Below, piece by piece: positions 1-9,267 of a stretch of DNA of 64,000 nt; the first letter of the stretch is position 1; each line of letters opens with the position of its first letter. The notes under the pieces were generated by a model. The model was not told the origin of the DNA. It searched no databases and saw only the letters and a list, made by a program, of their open reading frames with translations. Position numbers and translations under genes: made by a program. The stretch is from the NCBI GenBank assembly GCA_947589475.1, contig CANQBO010000001.1, positions 149,136-213,135 of the forward strand, written 5' to 3'. Origin of the DNA: an uncultured Clostridia bacterium (GTDB taxonomy: Bacteria > Bacillota > Clostridia > Christensenellales > CAG-917).

Positions 1-2
1 GC

Positions 3-272
3 GGCGGGCAAAATGCGGACGCGAGAGCGGGGCAATGCGGACAGGACGGCTCGCAGGGCGTAGGCTGCGATTTTTATGATAGACTGAGCGGATTTACGGA
101 CAAGAGCGAGGAACAGCTCATGTCCGAACTCACGAGCGCCGTGGACAGAATGAAAGCGGAGGGCAGTTTCGATCCCGCCTCGCTCGAGAGGCTGTATTTG
201 ACCGCGTCCCCATTTTTATCCGAGGGACAGAGGGAGCGCATGCGCAAAATCATAGATATGCTTATCAAGTGA
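3..272 (+). CDS. 3' end of an upstream gene (partial, unknown function)
   Basis: Frame 3 is open from the window edge for 89 codons (...SEEQLMSELTSAVDRMKAEGSFDP...RMRKIIDMLIK) and stops at TGA 270-272, overlapping the next ATG (TGATG). No family recognised. Confidence 0.4.
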   Translation, partial: GGQNADARAGQCGQDGSQGVGCDFYDRLSGFTDKSEEQLMSELTSAVDRMKAEGSFDPASLERLYLTASPFLSEGQRERMRKIIDMLIK

Positions 273-1378
273 TGGACAAGTTGGACAGGAGTATCATAGA
301 AGAGCTTAAGGACAGCCGAAAGTTGGACGGCGGCGTTGTGGGCGTGCTCGCTTCCGAGAGTAAAGTGGACGCGCTTGTGAGGGTGCGCAGTCCGCTTGAG
401 CTGGGAGTTTTGGAGCGACGCTTCGAGGTCAAGCATATGTACCCGTTTATACGCTCCGTCGGGATATCCTGCGGACTTGAGGAGGCGATAAGACTCGAGC
501 GCATGCAGGAGGTGGAGTACGTTTCCGCGCAGGGCAAGGTTTTCGCGCTTGCGGACTCGGCGGACGCGGGGGCGAGGGAAATAAAGATCTGCGCCGACAA
601 TAGACTGGACGGCAGGGGAGTGGGCGTGTGTATCATGGACACGGGCGTATCGCCGCACAGCGACATATCCATTCCGCGCGAGAGGATAGTGCATTTCGAG
701 GACATGATCTCGGGCGAGGAAGCGCCGTACGACGACAACGGACACGGCACTTTTGTCGCGGGCGTGGCGTGCGGAAACGGAATGCTGTCGGGAGGGGAAG
801 TGCGAGGAGTCGCGCCCGCTTCCAACATCATCGGACTTAAAGTCATAGGGAAGAGCGGGGAGAGCGGCGCGTTCAAGATTTTGGACGGCATGCAGTGGCT
901 GTTTGACAACTTCCGCACGTACGGCATACGCGTGGTGTGCATGAGTTTCGGCGCGGAACCTCAAAGCTATGCGGATCCGCTCAAGGCAGGGGCGGATATG
1001 CTTGCGAGGAGCGGGCTTATCGTCGTCGCCGCTGCGGGAAACAGCGGGCAGGGCGGACTGAGATCACCCGCCATAAGCGGCGAGATCGTAGCGGTCGGAG
1101 CGGTGGACGAAGAGGACAAAGTGGCGCCGTTTTCGTCGCGCGGCAGTTATATGGGAGTGTCGCGCCCGGACATCTATGCGCCCGGGGTGAACGTCAAAGG
1201 CATAGAGGCGGGCGGCACGTATTCGCATATGAGCGGAACGTCCGCGGCGGCGCCGTATGTTGCGGGAGCGTGCGCTTTGCTCTGCCAAAAGTACAGAAGT
1301 CTCTCTCCCGAGCTTGCCAAGCGCATTTTGATCGACGCCTCGAGCGACGTGGATGGAGTCAAAGTGCTCAAACTTTGA
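272..1378 (+). CDS. subtilisin-like serine peptidase (S8 family)
   Basis: Catalytic triad motifs IMDTGVS (Asp), NGHGTFVAG (His) and SGTSAAAPYVAG (Ser). No obvious signal peptide. The track ORF starts at GTG 269; ATG 272 is preferred. Confidence 0.85.
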   Translation: MDKLDRSIIEELKDSRKLDGGVVGVLASESKVDALVRVRSPLELGVLERRFEVKHMYPFIRSVGISCGLEEAIRLERMQEVEYVSAQGKVFALADSADAGAREIKICADNRLDGRGVGVCIMDTGVSPHSDISIPRERIVHFEDMISGEEAPYDDNGHGTFVAGVACGNGMLSGGEVRGVAPASNIIGLKVIGKSGESGAFKILDGMQWLFDNFRTYGIRVVCMSFGAEPQSYADPLKAGADMLARSGLIVVAAAGNSGQGGLRSPAISGEIVAVGAVDEEDKVAPFSSRGSYMGVSRPDIYAPGVNVKGIEAGGTYSHMSGTSAAAPYVAGACALLCQKYRSLSPELAKRILIDASSDVDGVKVLKL

Positions 1379-1422
1379 CGCGCAAATGCGACTAAAAGAT
1401 ATAATTTGGGAAAATCTATCGA

Positions 1423-1447
1423 CGCCGAAAATATCGGGCGCCTTTTT
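1423..1447 (+). terminator. putative rho-independent terminator after the S8 peptidase gene
   Basis: CGCCGA/TCGGGCG stem with one bulge, followed by CC and a T5 run. Confidence 0.45.
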
Positions 1448-1543
1448 GTATTTATAAAGTATAGCGGAATTTAAGGCGCGTCCTTAAGGCGCCTCGATTT
1501 TAAAAGAGTAAAATGCGTAAATGGGTAAGGTTACGCGCCCTAG

Positions 1544-2671
1544 TCACGTCACCTTTTTGGCGATTTTGCTCACCGTGGAGCATAGATAGAGCATGTCGCG
1601 AGGCGTGGTCTCTACGCCCAGACTCACGCGTACCATGCCTTGCTCCAGCGTGCCGAATTTACGATGTACGAGGGGCGCGCAGTGCAGACCGCTTCGTACT
1701 GCGACGCCTTCTCTGTCGAGCAGGGTGGCGACGTATCCGCTGTCCGCGGTTCCTATGTTGAAAGCGATGACGCCGCTGTCGGAATTTGTCGAATAGAGGG
1801 TACAACCTATGCTTTTGAGGTCGTAAAGCGCCTGTTGTGTGAGTTTGCGGAATTTTTCGCGCGTTGAGGGCGCGTTTTCGAATGACCATTTCGCCCCCTC
1901 CGCAAGCGCCGCTATTCCGCCCGCAAACTGCGTGCCCGCCTCGAAGCCTTCGGGTATGTCTACGGGCTGTATCACACTGCCCGAATACGTTCCCGTGCCG
2001 CCGTAGACGAGTGGTCTCAAGTCTATGCCGTTTCTCACTGCGAGAAAGCCCGTCCCTTGCATGGCGTGCAGACCCTTGTGTCCCGCGCATGCGAGCATAT
2101 CTATCCCCATATCATCAAGTCGCAATTGCCGAATGGGTACGCATTGCGCGCCGTCCAATATGAGCGTACAACCCGCCGCTTTGACGACCTTTGCGGCTTC
2201 CGCTATGTCCAAAGTCGCGCCCGTAACATTGCACGCTCCGCCGAACACGGCTATGTCCGCGCGCTTCGCCGCCTCGCCGAGTTTTGAGATGTCAATTGTA
2301 CCGTCGTCCTCTTGTTCGAGCACCTCGAGGGATATGATATTCCGCCTTTTAAGCTCATAGAGCGGGCGCAGGACGGCGTTGTGATCGTTGGCTGTCGTCA
2401 GCACGCGTTCGCCGCCTTTAATAAAGCCGAATATCGCCAAATTCAAAGCCTCGGTGCAACTCTTTGTGAAGATGACGGAGTGCGTGCCCTCGCCCCCGAG
2501 CGCGCTCAGAAGATATGCGCGACATTCCTCTATTTTAAGTCCCGCATTTACGGCGTCCGCGTGTCCGCTGCGCCCGCTGTTCGCGCTGTGCTTAAGATCG
2601 TAGAGGAGCGCGTCGTACACGCCTTGCGGCTTGAACCTCGACGTCGCCGCGTTGTCAAGATAAACGTACAT
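1544..2671 (-). CDS. class V aminotransferase / cysteine desulfurase family protein
   Basis: N-terminal YLDNAATS, PLP-lysine motif AGHKGL and C-terminal active-site Cys loop RSGLHCAP. Confidence 0.85.
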   Translation of the reverse strand: MYVYLDNAATSRFKPQGVYDALLYDLKHSANSGRSGHADAVNAGLKIEECRAYLLSALGGEGTHSVIFTKSCTEALNLAIFGFIKGGERVLTTANDHNAVLRPLYELKRRNIISLEVLEQEDDGTIDISKLGEAAKRADIAVFGGACNVTGATLDIAEAAKVVKAAGCTLILDGAQCVPIRQLRLDDMGIDMLACAGHKGLHAMQGTGFLAVRNGIDLRPLVYGGTGTYSGSVIQPVDIPEGFEAGTQFAGGIAALAEGAKWSFENAPSTREKFRKLTQQALYDLKSIGCTLYSTNSDSGVIAFNIGTADSGYVATLLDREGVAVRSGLHCAPLVHRKFGTLEQGMVRVSLGVETTPRDMLYLCSTVSKIAKKVT

Positions 2672-2817
2672 GATATACCTCGCTTTATACTATGCGCAAG
2701 GTAAGCGCAAGTTTAATGAAGAGCATATTGATGGGCGGATGTGAGCTTATCTTCGACAAAATTCGCGGTTTTTTCATATATTGTACGGAGCGGCTACATA
2801 TATTTTCGGAGGAAGCT

Positions 2818-3066
2818 ATGAGAGAATTCTTTATCCCGTTCCGCTCGCGCTCCGAGGCGATACGCTTCTATGAAGCGCTCATAGGCTATGGCGTCACCTG
2901 CAAGATCATCAATACGCCGTCATCGGCAAAGGTGGGATGCGGGCTGTCGGTGAAGTTGTTCGCGCGCGATATGCAACTTGCGAGGATGGTGCTGACAAGA
3001 GGCAGATATCAAAGCGCGGTGGGCGTATTCTATTTTTCGCAGAACGGCTCCGCTATAAGGGTGTGA
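2818..3066 (+). CDS. DUF3343-like small protein (putative S/Se-handling partner of the desulfurase)
   Basis: An 82-aa product, MREFFIPFRSRSEAIRFYEAL...CKIINTPSSAKVGCGLSV, resembles the small family often paired with class V desulfurases. GGAGGAAGC RBS lies before ATG 2818. The upstream part of the track ORF was discarded. Confidence 0.6.
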   Translation: MREFFIPFRSRSEAIRFYEALIGYGVTCKIINTPSSAKVGCGLSVKLFARDMQLARMVLTRGRYQSAVGVFYFSQNGSAIRV

Positions 3067-3244
3067 CGGGGAAGTTGTGCCGCTCGGAGCTGTGCGGCTT
3101 AAGTTGCGTCTAAGGACTGCGCGGTCTTATTCGACGGCTTAAGTCGCATTTGCTTTCATACGCGCAACATCGGCATTTGCTTTGGGTTTTATTTTGCGTT
3201 TGTCAGCGCTTGCAAAAATCCTCGTCATATGCAATAATATTGCT

Positions 3245-3871
3245 ATGACGGAGCAGAACGAGAGGATATTCAAGTTGCTCGAGGAGAGGCACGGCGGCGC
3301 GCATTGCGAGCTTGAGTTCGATACGCCCTTCGAGCTTCTTGTCGCGGTGGTACTGTCCGCGCAATGCACGGATAAGCGCGTGAACGCCGTGACGCGCGAG
3401 CTTTTCAAAGTCGCTTCCACTCCCGAGGCGTTTGTCGAGATGCCCACGGAAGAGCTTGAGCGGCGCATATATTCCTGTGGCTTTTACCACAATAAGGCAA
3501 AGGCGATAAAGGAGCTGAGCTTGAGCATACTCGAGAGGAGAGGCATGCCCGAAACGCGCGAGGGACTTATGCAATTAAGCGGCGTGGGACGAAAGACCGC
3601 CAACGTCGTGTATGCCGTCGCGTACGGCGGCAACGCCATAGCCGTGGATACGCACGTATTTAGGGTGGCGAACAGGCTGGGACTTGTGGACGCAAAAACT
3701 CCCGAACAGACCGAGGAAGGTCTTATGGCGGCGTTTGACGAGGACAAGTGGTCGAGACTGCATCACTTGCTCATCTTTCAGGGAAGATATGTGTGCCACT
3801 CGCAAAAACCCGCGTGCGAGGAGTGCAATTTGCGGGAATATTGCAAATACTATTTGGGGCTTATAAAATAA
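3245..3871 (+). CDS. nth: endonuclease III
   Basis: ELEFDTPFELLVAVVLSAQCTDKRVN, the HhH motif LMQLSGVGRKTANVV and the 4Fe-4S ligand cluster CHSQKPACEECNLREYC. Confidence 0.9.
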   Translation: MTEQNERIFKLLEERHGGAHCELEFDTPFELLVAVVLSAQCTDKRVNAVTRELFKVASTPEAFVEMPTEELERRIYSCGFYHNKAKAIKELSLSILERRGMPETREGLMQLSGVGRKTANVVYAVAYGGNAIAVDTHVFRVANRLGLVDAKTPEQTEEGLMAAFDEDKWSRLHHLLIFQGRYVCHSQKPACEECNLREYCKYYLGLIK

Positions 3872-4716
3872 TGTCGGGGGAAAGGAAAAATTACGCCATA
3901 CTTTCAAAACGTCGCCTTGCGGATAACGTTTGCGAGTTCAAAATATACGCGCCGCTTGTTGCGAGACATTGCAAGGCGGGGCAATTTTTGATATTGCGCG
4001 CGTCTAAGGACGGCGAGAGGGTGCCTTTCACCATTTGCGACTATTCGCGCGAAGAGGGCAGTATATGCGTACTTGTGCAGGAAGTCGGATATACCACTGT
4101 GATGATGTCCCGCCTCTGCGAGGGGGACGCGCTTGAAGATGTTGTAGGACCTTTGGGCAACCCTACGGACTTGAGCAGATTTGAAAATATATGTCTTGTC
4201 GGCGGCGGGATAGGAAGCGCGGTCATATATCCGCAAGCGAAACAGCTTTTTGCGGACGGCAAGGCGGCGGATATAATCGTCGGCGCGAGGACAAAGTCCC
4301 TGCTTATGTACAAGGACGAGTTTATGGCGTGCGCAAAAGGCGCGTACTTTGTGACGGACGACGGCTCAAACGGCGATCGAGGGACGGTCGTGGATATGCT
4401 GTCGAGACTTATAGAGCAAGGAAAGGAGTACGACTGCGTTTTTGCGGTCGGTCCCCTCGGCATGATGAAGGCGGTGAGCGAGTTTACGAAGGCATACGGC
4501 ATACCCACCGTCGTCAGCATGAATTCGCTTATGGTGGACGGTACGGGAATGTGCGGATGTTGCAGGCTCACCGTGGGCGGCAAGATTAAGTACGCTTGCG
4601 TCGACGGTCCCGAATTTGACGGGCACGCGGTCGATTTTGACGAGGCTATCAAAAGGAGTCGCATGTATAAAGAGCAGGAAGCGGAGCATCTTTGCCGCTT
4701 GAGAGGTGAAAAATGA
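3871..4716 (+). CDS. nfnA: FAD/NAD-binding ferredoxin-NADP reductase-like subunit (NfnA / PyrK-like)
   Basis: PyrK-like fold (FKIYAPLVARHCKAGQFLILR) with C-terminal 2Fe-2S cysteines GMCGCCRL...YACVDGPEF. TAATG junction with nth and a 4-nt overlap with the next gene. Confidence 0.7.
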   Translation: MSGERKNYAILSKRRLADNVCEFKIYAPLVARHCKAGQFLILRASKDGERVPFTICDYSREEGSICVLVQEVGYTTVMMSRLCEGDALEDVVGPLGNPTDLSRFENICLVGGGIGSAVIYPQAKQLFADGKAADIIVGARTKSLLMYKDEFMACAKGAYFVTDDGSNGDRGTVVDMLSRLIEQGKEYDCVFAVGPLGMMKAVSEFTKAYGIPTVVSMNSLMVDGTGMCGCCRLTVGGKIKYACVDGPEFDGHAVDFDEAIKRSRMYKEQEAEHLCRLRGEK

Positions 4717-6137
4717 ACGGCTCGAGACATTTGATGCCCGCGCGAGATCCCGCCGAGCGCATAAAGAATTTTGAGGAAGTGGCGCTCGGATACACTCGTG
4801 ACATAGCGCGCGAAGAGGCGGCAAGGTGTCTGAATTGCAAAAACGCGCCGTGCATGAAGGGGTGTCCCGTGGGCGTGCGCATTCCGGAGTTCATCGCAAA
4901 GGTCAAGGCGGACGACCTCGACGCGGCGGCGGAAATTTTGCATGCGGACAACAACTTGCCTGCGATATGCGGCAGGGTATGCCCTCAAGAGAAGCAGTGC
5001 GAGGGCTTGTGCGTAAGGGCAAAAGCGGGCGGCGCAATCGCTATAGGCGCGCTTGAACGCTTTGTCGCGGATTTCGCGCTGAGCAAAAAAGCGGACGCTT
5101 CTGGCGCGGCGCAAAACTCGTATAAAATAAAAAACGACGCTCAAAATGACGCGAACGTCGATTTTTCGGGAAAGAAGATCAAAGTCGCGGCGATAGGTTC
5201 GGGACCCGCGTCCCTCTCCTGCGCGGCGGACCTTGCAAGGCGGGGCGTACAGGTCACGGTGTACGAGGCTTTGCACAAGGCGGGCGGCGTGCTGGTGTAC
5301 GGAATTCCCGAATTCAGACTGCCTAAGGATATAGTCTTTAAAGAGATAGAGGGGCTTAAGGCGCTCGGCGTAAATATGGTCACGAACGTCGTCGTCGGCA
5401 AGACGTTGTTTATAGACGAACTGCTTGAGGAATACGACGCTGTGTTTATAGGAAGCGGCGCGGGACTTCCCATGTTTTTGGGAGTCGAGGGCGAAAATCT
5501 CTGCGGCGTATATTCCGCAAACGAGTATCTCACTCGCGTCAATCTCATGGGCGCGTACAAGGAGGGCGCGGTCACGCCCGTGCTTCGCGGGGGCAAAGTC
5601 GTCGTCGTAGGCGCAGGCAACGTGGCTATGGACAGTGCGCGTACTGCGCGCAGGTTGGGCGCGGAAGTTCGACTTGTTTACAGACGAAGTCGCGCGGAAA
5701 TGCCCGCAAGAGAGGAGGAAATTTTGCATGCGGAGGAGGAGGGAGTCATCTTCGATCTGCTTGTAAATCCCGTCAAGATTTTAGGGGACGAAAACGGCTT
5801 TGTCCGCGGGTTAAAACTTATCAAGATGAGGCTGGGCGAACCCGACGCGAGCGGCAGGCGCAGTCCCGTACCTATAGAGGACAGCGAGTACGACATCGAG
5901 GCGGACGAAGTCATAGTCGCTTTGGGGACTACTCCCAATCCGCTCATAAAAAACAGTATGCCGTCTCTTGAAGTCGGAAGGAAGGGAGTCATCTCCGTGG
6001 ACGGCGAGGGCAGGACGTCGATACCGCGCTTGTACGCGGGAGGAGACGCGGCGACGGGCGCGGCGACCGTCATTCTTGCAATGGGCGCGGGCAAGCGCGC
6101 GGCAAAGGCAATACTCGAGGACTTAAAGGTCAGGTGA
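4713..6137 (+). CDS. nfnB: NADPH-dependent glutamate synthase small-chain-like oxidoreductase (NfnB / GltD-like)
   Basis: N-terminal Fe-S cysteine motifs (CLNCKNAPC, CGRVCPQEKQCEGLC) and two dinucleotide-binding motifs (AAIGSGPAS, VVVGAGNVAMD). Confidence 0.75.
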   Translation: MNGSRHLMPARDPAERIKNFEEVALGYTRDIAREEAARCLNCKNAPCMKGCPVGVRIPEFIAKVKADDLDAAAEILHADNNLPAICGRVCPQEKQCEGLCVRAKAGGAIAIGALERFVADFALSKKADASGAAQNSYKIKNDAQNDANVDFSGKKIKVAAIGSGPASLSCAADLARRGVQVTVYEALHKAGGVLVYGIPEFRLPKDIVFKEIEGLKALGVNMVTNVVVGKTLFIDELLEEYDAVFIGSGAGLPMFLGVEGENLCGVYSANEYLTRVNLMGAYKEGAVTPVLRGGKVVVVGAGNVAMDSARTARRLGAEVRLVYRRSRAEMPAREEEILHAEEEGVIFDLLVNPVKILGDENGFVRGLKLIKMRLGEPDASGRRSPVPIEDSEYDIEADEVIVALGTTPNPLIKNSMPSLEVGRKGVISVDGEGRTSIPRLYAGGDAATGAATVILAMGAGKRAAKAILEDLKVR

Positions 6138-6140
6138 ATT

Positions 6141-7409
6141 ATGAATATGTTTTTGGACTATGTGAAGATCTTCATCAAAGCGGGCAACGGAGGGGACGGA
6201 AAGATATCCTTCCACCGCGAAAAGTTTGTGCCCAACGGCGGCCCCGACGGAGGAGACGGCGGCAAGGGCGGCGACGTCATTTTTGTCGCGGATAAGGGCA
6301 TAAATACGCTTATAGACTTCAGATTTCAAAAGTTTTACAGGGCGGAGGACGGCGGCGACGGCGAAAACAAAAACAAGACGGGTCGCTCCGCTCCCGACCT
6401 TGAAATAAAGGTGCCCGTCGGGACCGTCGTGCGCGATACGGAAAGCGGCAAAGTCGTCGCGGACCTGTTTGAGGACGGCGAGAGGGTCACTCTGCTCACG
6501 GGCGGGCGCGGAGGAAAGGGCAACAACCGCTTTGTGCACGCGCAAAGGCAGGCGCCCACATTCTCCCAACTGGGCGAAAAAACAAAGGAGCATCAGGTCA
6601 CGCTGGAGCTTAAGACTATAGCGGACGTGGGGCTTGTCGGCTTCCCGAACGTGGGCAAGAGCACTCTGCTTTCAGTGCTCACCTCGGCAAAGCCGAAGAT
6701 AGCAAATTATCACTTCACGACGATAAATCCAAATCTCGGCGTGGTGCAACTTTATGACGACAGCTTCGTCATCGCGGACATCCCGGGACTCATCGAGGGC
6801 GCAAGCGAAGGCGCGGGGCTGGGACATTATTTCCTCAGGCATATAGAGCGCGTGCGCCTCATCGTGCATATCGTGGACATAAGCGGAAGCGAGGGCAGAG
6901 ACCCCATCGACGATTACAACAAGATAAACAAGGAGCTTGCCGCCTACAGCGATACGCTTGCAAACATTCCTCAGCTTGTCGTCGCGGGCAAGGCGGACCT
7001 GCTTGAAGACAGGAGCGAGATTGAAAAATTCGAAAAGGCGATAGGAAAGAAGGTGTACGTCGTTTCGTCCTTGACGCACGAGGGACTCGAAGAGTTGCTT
7101 GCGACCATCAAGAGCAAGGTGGATGAGTTGCCGCCTCCCAAACGCATCGCTCCAGACGAGGATTTCGAGCTTGAACCCAAAGCGGATCAGCGCTTTGAGA
7201 TATATCGCCTCGACGACGGCTCCTTTGTCGTGGAAGGCGGGCTTGTGGACTTCCTCGAGCAAAACATCACGCTGGATTCGCGCGAGAGTTTTGCGTTTTT
7301 CCAAAAGGTGCTCAAGGACCGCGGAGTCATAGCTGAACTGAAGAAGCGCGGCATGAAAGAGGGAGACACCGTCATCATCGGCGACATAGAATTCGAGTGG
7401 GTCGATTGA
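6141..7409 (+). CDS. obg: GTPase Obg
   Basis: Gly-rich Obg fold (GNGGDGKISFHREKF...GGDGGKGGDV), G1 GFPNVGKST, G3 DIPGLIEGA and a C-terminal Obg extension. Confidence 0.95.
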   Translation: MNMFLDYVKIFIKAGNGGDGKISFHREKFVPNGGPDGGDGGKGGDVIFVADKGINTLIDFRFQKFYRAEDGGDGENKNKTGRSAPDLEIKVPVGTVVRDTESGKVVADLFEDGERVTLLTGGRGGKGNNRFVHAQRQAPTFSQLGEKTKEHQVTLELKTIADVGLVGFPNVGKSTLLSVLTSAKPKIANYHFTTINPNLGVVQLYDDSFVIADIPGLIEGASEGAGLGHYFLRHIERVRLIVHIVDISGSEGRDPIDDYNKINKELAAYSDTLANIPQLVVAGKADLLEDRSEIEKFEKAIGKKVYVVSSLTHEGLEELLATIKSKVDELPPPKRIAPDEDFELEPKADQRFEIYRLDDGSFVVEGGLVDFLEQNITLDSRESFAFFQKVLKDRGVIAELKKRGMKEGDTVIIGDIEFEWVD

Positions 7410-7494
7410 AAAATTGCGCAAGCGCTTATTAGCCGAGCTTAATATAATATCTTACATCGTCAAAACCATAAGGTATTTATGGCGATGACATCAG

Positions 7495-7518
7495 CGGAGG
7501 CATATGCTTCCGTTTTTT
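7495..7518 (+). terminator. rho-independent terminator after obg
   Basis: CGGAGGCA/TGCTTCCG stem with an ATAT loop, followed by T6. Confidence 0.7.
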
Positions 7519-7563
7519 CAAAATGATCAGAAACCGCGCCTGCGACATTTTTTGACGGAAAGC

Positions 7564-8361
7564 TTAGTCGGCGTCGTCCTTCAAAGAGGCTTCATATTTT
7601 AAAAGTTTGTTGTATTGCATGTGCCAATACAGTCTCTTTAGCGGCGGGAAAAGCGTCGAGAGAGTGGTGAGAAGAGGAAAAAGCGGGAAAGGATAGACTC
7701 GGTTTTTCCTTTCCTCTATGCCGCGGAGTATCGAATTTACGGCGCTCGAGAGCTTTTGTTTGGGGGTTGGCAACTCAAGCGCTTCAACATTTATGCCGTT
7801 CACTGCGGACGCGTAAAAATTTGTGTTTATCGCGACGGGATAGACCGCCGTCAGACATATGTTTTCGGGCAGTTCGGGGCGCACGGCTTCTTCAAAGGCG
7901 TTGAGGGCGGCTTTGGTCGCGCTGTACAGCGAGTAGCCGGGCACGGGTATTTTGCCTATCCCGGAGGCTACGATCACAAATTGACCGCTTCTGTTTTCGT
8001 TGAGCGCAACGAACTTTTTAAGGCTGTATATGGGCGAAAATACGTTTGTGGAAAATATGGCTTCTATCTTGTCGAAATTTATTTTGTCCATGCGCTCGAA
8101 ATAGCCGAAACCCGCGTTTGCTATGAAAACGTCGATATTTCCCAAAGTATCCTGCGCATACTCAAACAGGCTGTCCACGTTTTCCTTCTTCGAGATGTCC
8201 GAAACAAAAGTCTTTATCCCCAAAGCGGACAATTTTTCAAATTCAGAGTCGTCCTTGTCTGATGCGACGACGTTGTTTTCAATAGCGAGCTTGCAAGCAA
8301 GTTCATAACCTATGCCGCTGTTCGCGCCTGTCACGACGATATTTTTTCGTCTATCCTTCAT
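7564..8361 (-). CDS. short-chain dehydrogenase/reductase (SDR)
   Basis: Cofactor motif VTGANSGIG and catalytic YSATK (Tyr-x3-Lys). Confidence 0.85.
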   Translation of the reverse strand: MKDRRKNIVVTGANSGIGYELACKLAIENNVVASDKDDSEFEKLSALGIKTFVSDISKKENVDSLFEYAQDTLGNIDVFIANAGFGYFERMDKINFDKIEAIFSTNVFSPIYSLKKFVALNENRSGQFVIVASGIGKIPVPGYSLYSATKAALNAFEEAVRPELPENICLTAVYPVAINTNFYASAVNGINVEALELPTPKQKLSSAVNSILRGIEERKNRVYPFPLFPLLTTLSTLFPPLKRLYWHMQYNKLLKYEASLKDDAD

Positions 8362-9167
8362 TATTCAAACTCCTCCATGGAAATTTGTTCGGGACGGGAA
8401 TTCAGTTCGGCTTCAAATTCTTCCGCCATCCTAGGCGAAGAAAACGATCCGTTGCCGAGCGGAGTGAGCGTGAGCGCCGCAAGCAAGAGCGAGAGCGATC
8501 CTATCACGATGTAGTATATCTTCAGCGGGGTCAGAAAGGAAACGAGCACCAGCAGTACGCCCGAAAAGGCATATCCTTTAAAGTTAGAGCGCATGAGCAA
8601 CCTTTGAAATACGTCCTTTAGAGTGATCTTTTCTTTGACGGGCTTAAGTGGCGGGAGCGCGCCGTGCTTTTTGAGCAGTTTGTATACAGTCTTGACGCGC
8701 ACGGGGGTGAGGCGTACGCCCTCGAGTTGCGCGACGGTGTACGCTCGCCTGTCCACGCTTTTGCAGATCAGGAATATCCTGTCCCTGTCGTATTTTTTCG
8801 CGAGCAGCGCCGCCGCGCCTATATCCGAGATCCCAAGCGCGGAAAAGCGGAAATTTGCGATTATGATGCTCCTATCAAGCAAGATGCAGTTGTTCCCACC
8901 GCACATGTCCGGGTCCTTCAAGATGCCTTTGAGAAGGGATATGACATAGTCGTTGCCTCTTATTGCAAACTCCAAGGCGAGCCTGTCGTATGTATAGGGC
9001 TTGCCCGTCTTGACCCTGATATACTTCAGCGTTATCACCGCGATCAGCGTGAGCGTGCACGACATTATGAGCGCCGGCGCCGTCCCCGAGAATGCAAGCG
9101 CCGTCCATACGAACGTCAAAAGAAATGTTATCACCGTAAGCGAAATGTAATCGAATATCCTTGCCAT
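8361..9167 (-). CDS. hypothetical membrane protein (2 TM - soluble core - 2 TM)
   Basis: Hydrophobic helices at both ends flank a ~140-aa soluble core. Overlaps the downstream SDR gene by 1 nt. No family recognised. Confidence 0.55.
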   Translation of the reverse strand: MARIFDYISLTVITFLLTFVWTALAFSGTAPALIMSCTLTLIAVITLKYIRVKTGKPYTYDRLALEFAIRGNDYVISLLKGILKDPDMCGGNNCILLDRSIIIANFRFSALGISDIGAAALLAKKYDRDRIFLICKSVDRRAYTVAQLEGVRLTPVRVKTVYKLLKKHGALPPLKPVKEKITLKDVFQRLLMRSNFKGYAFSGVLLVLVSFLTPLKIYYIVIGSLSLLLAALTLTPLGNGSFSSPRMAEEFEAELNSRPEQISMEEFE

Positions 9168-9267
9168 ACGCCTATTGTTGCCCGAATTTTGCTTTTTTAA
9201 TGCGGAATTCGACTTATTTTTGAATGTCGCTATTGAAATAACGCGCTTTAAACTGTATAATGAAGAT

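Noticed and set aside
4041-5729. 562-aa minus-strand ORF, the longest in the area.
   Set aside because: It lies entirely antisense to the nfnA/nfnB-like genes, which carry clear cofactor motifs. The product is Arg/Ser/Ala-rich junk typical of shadow ORFs in GC3-biased DNA. It has no RBS.
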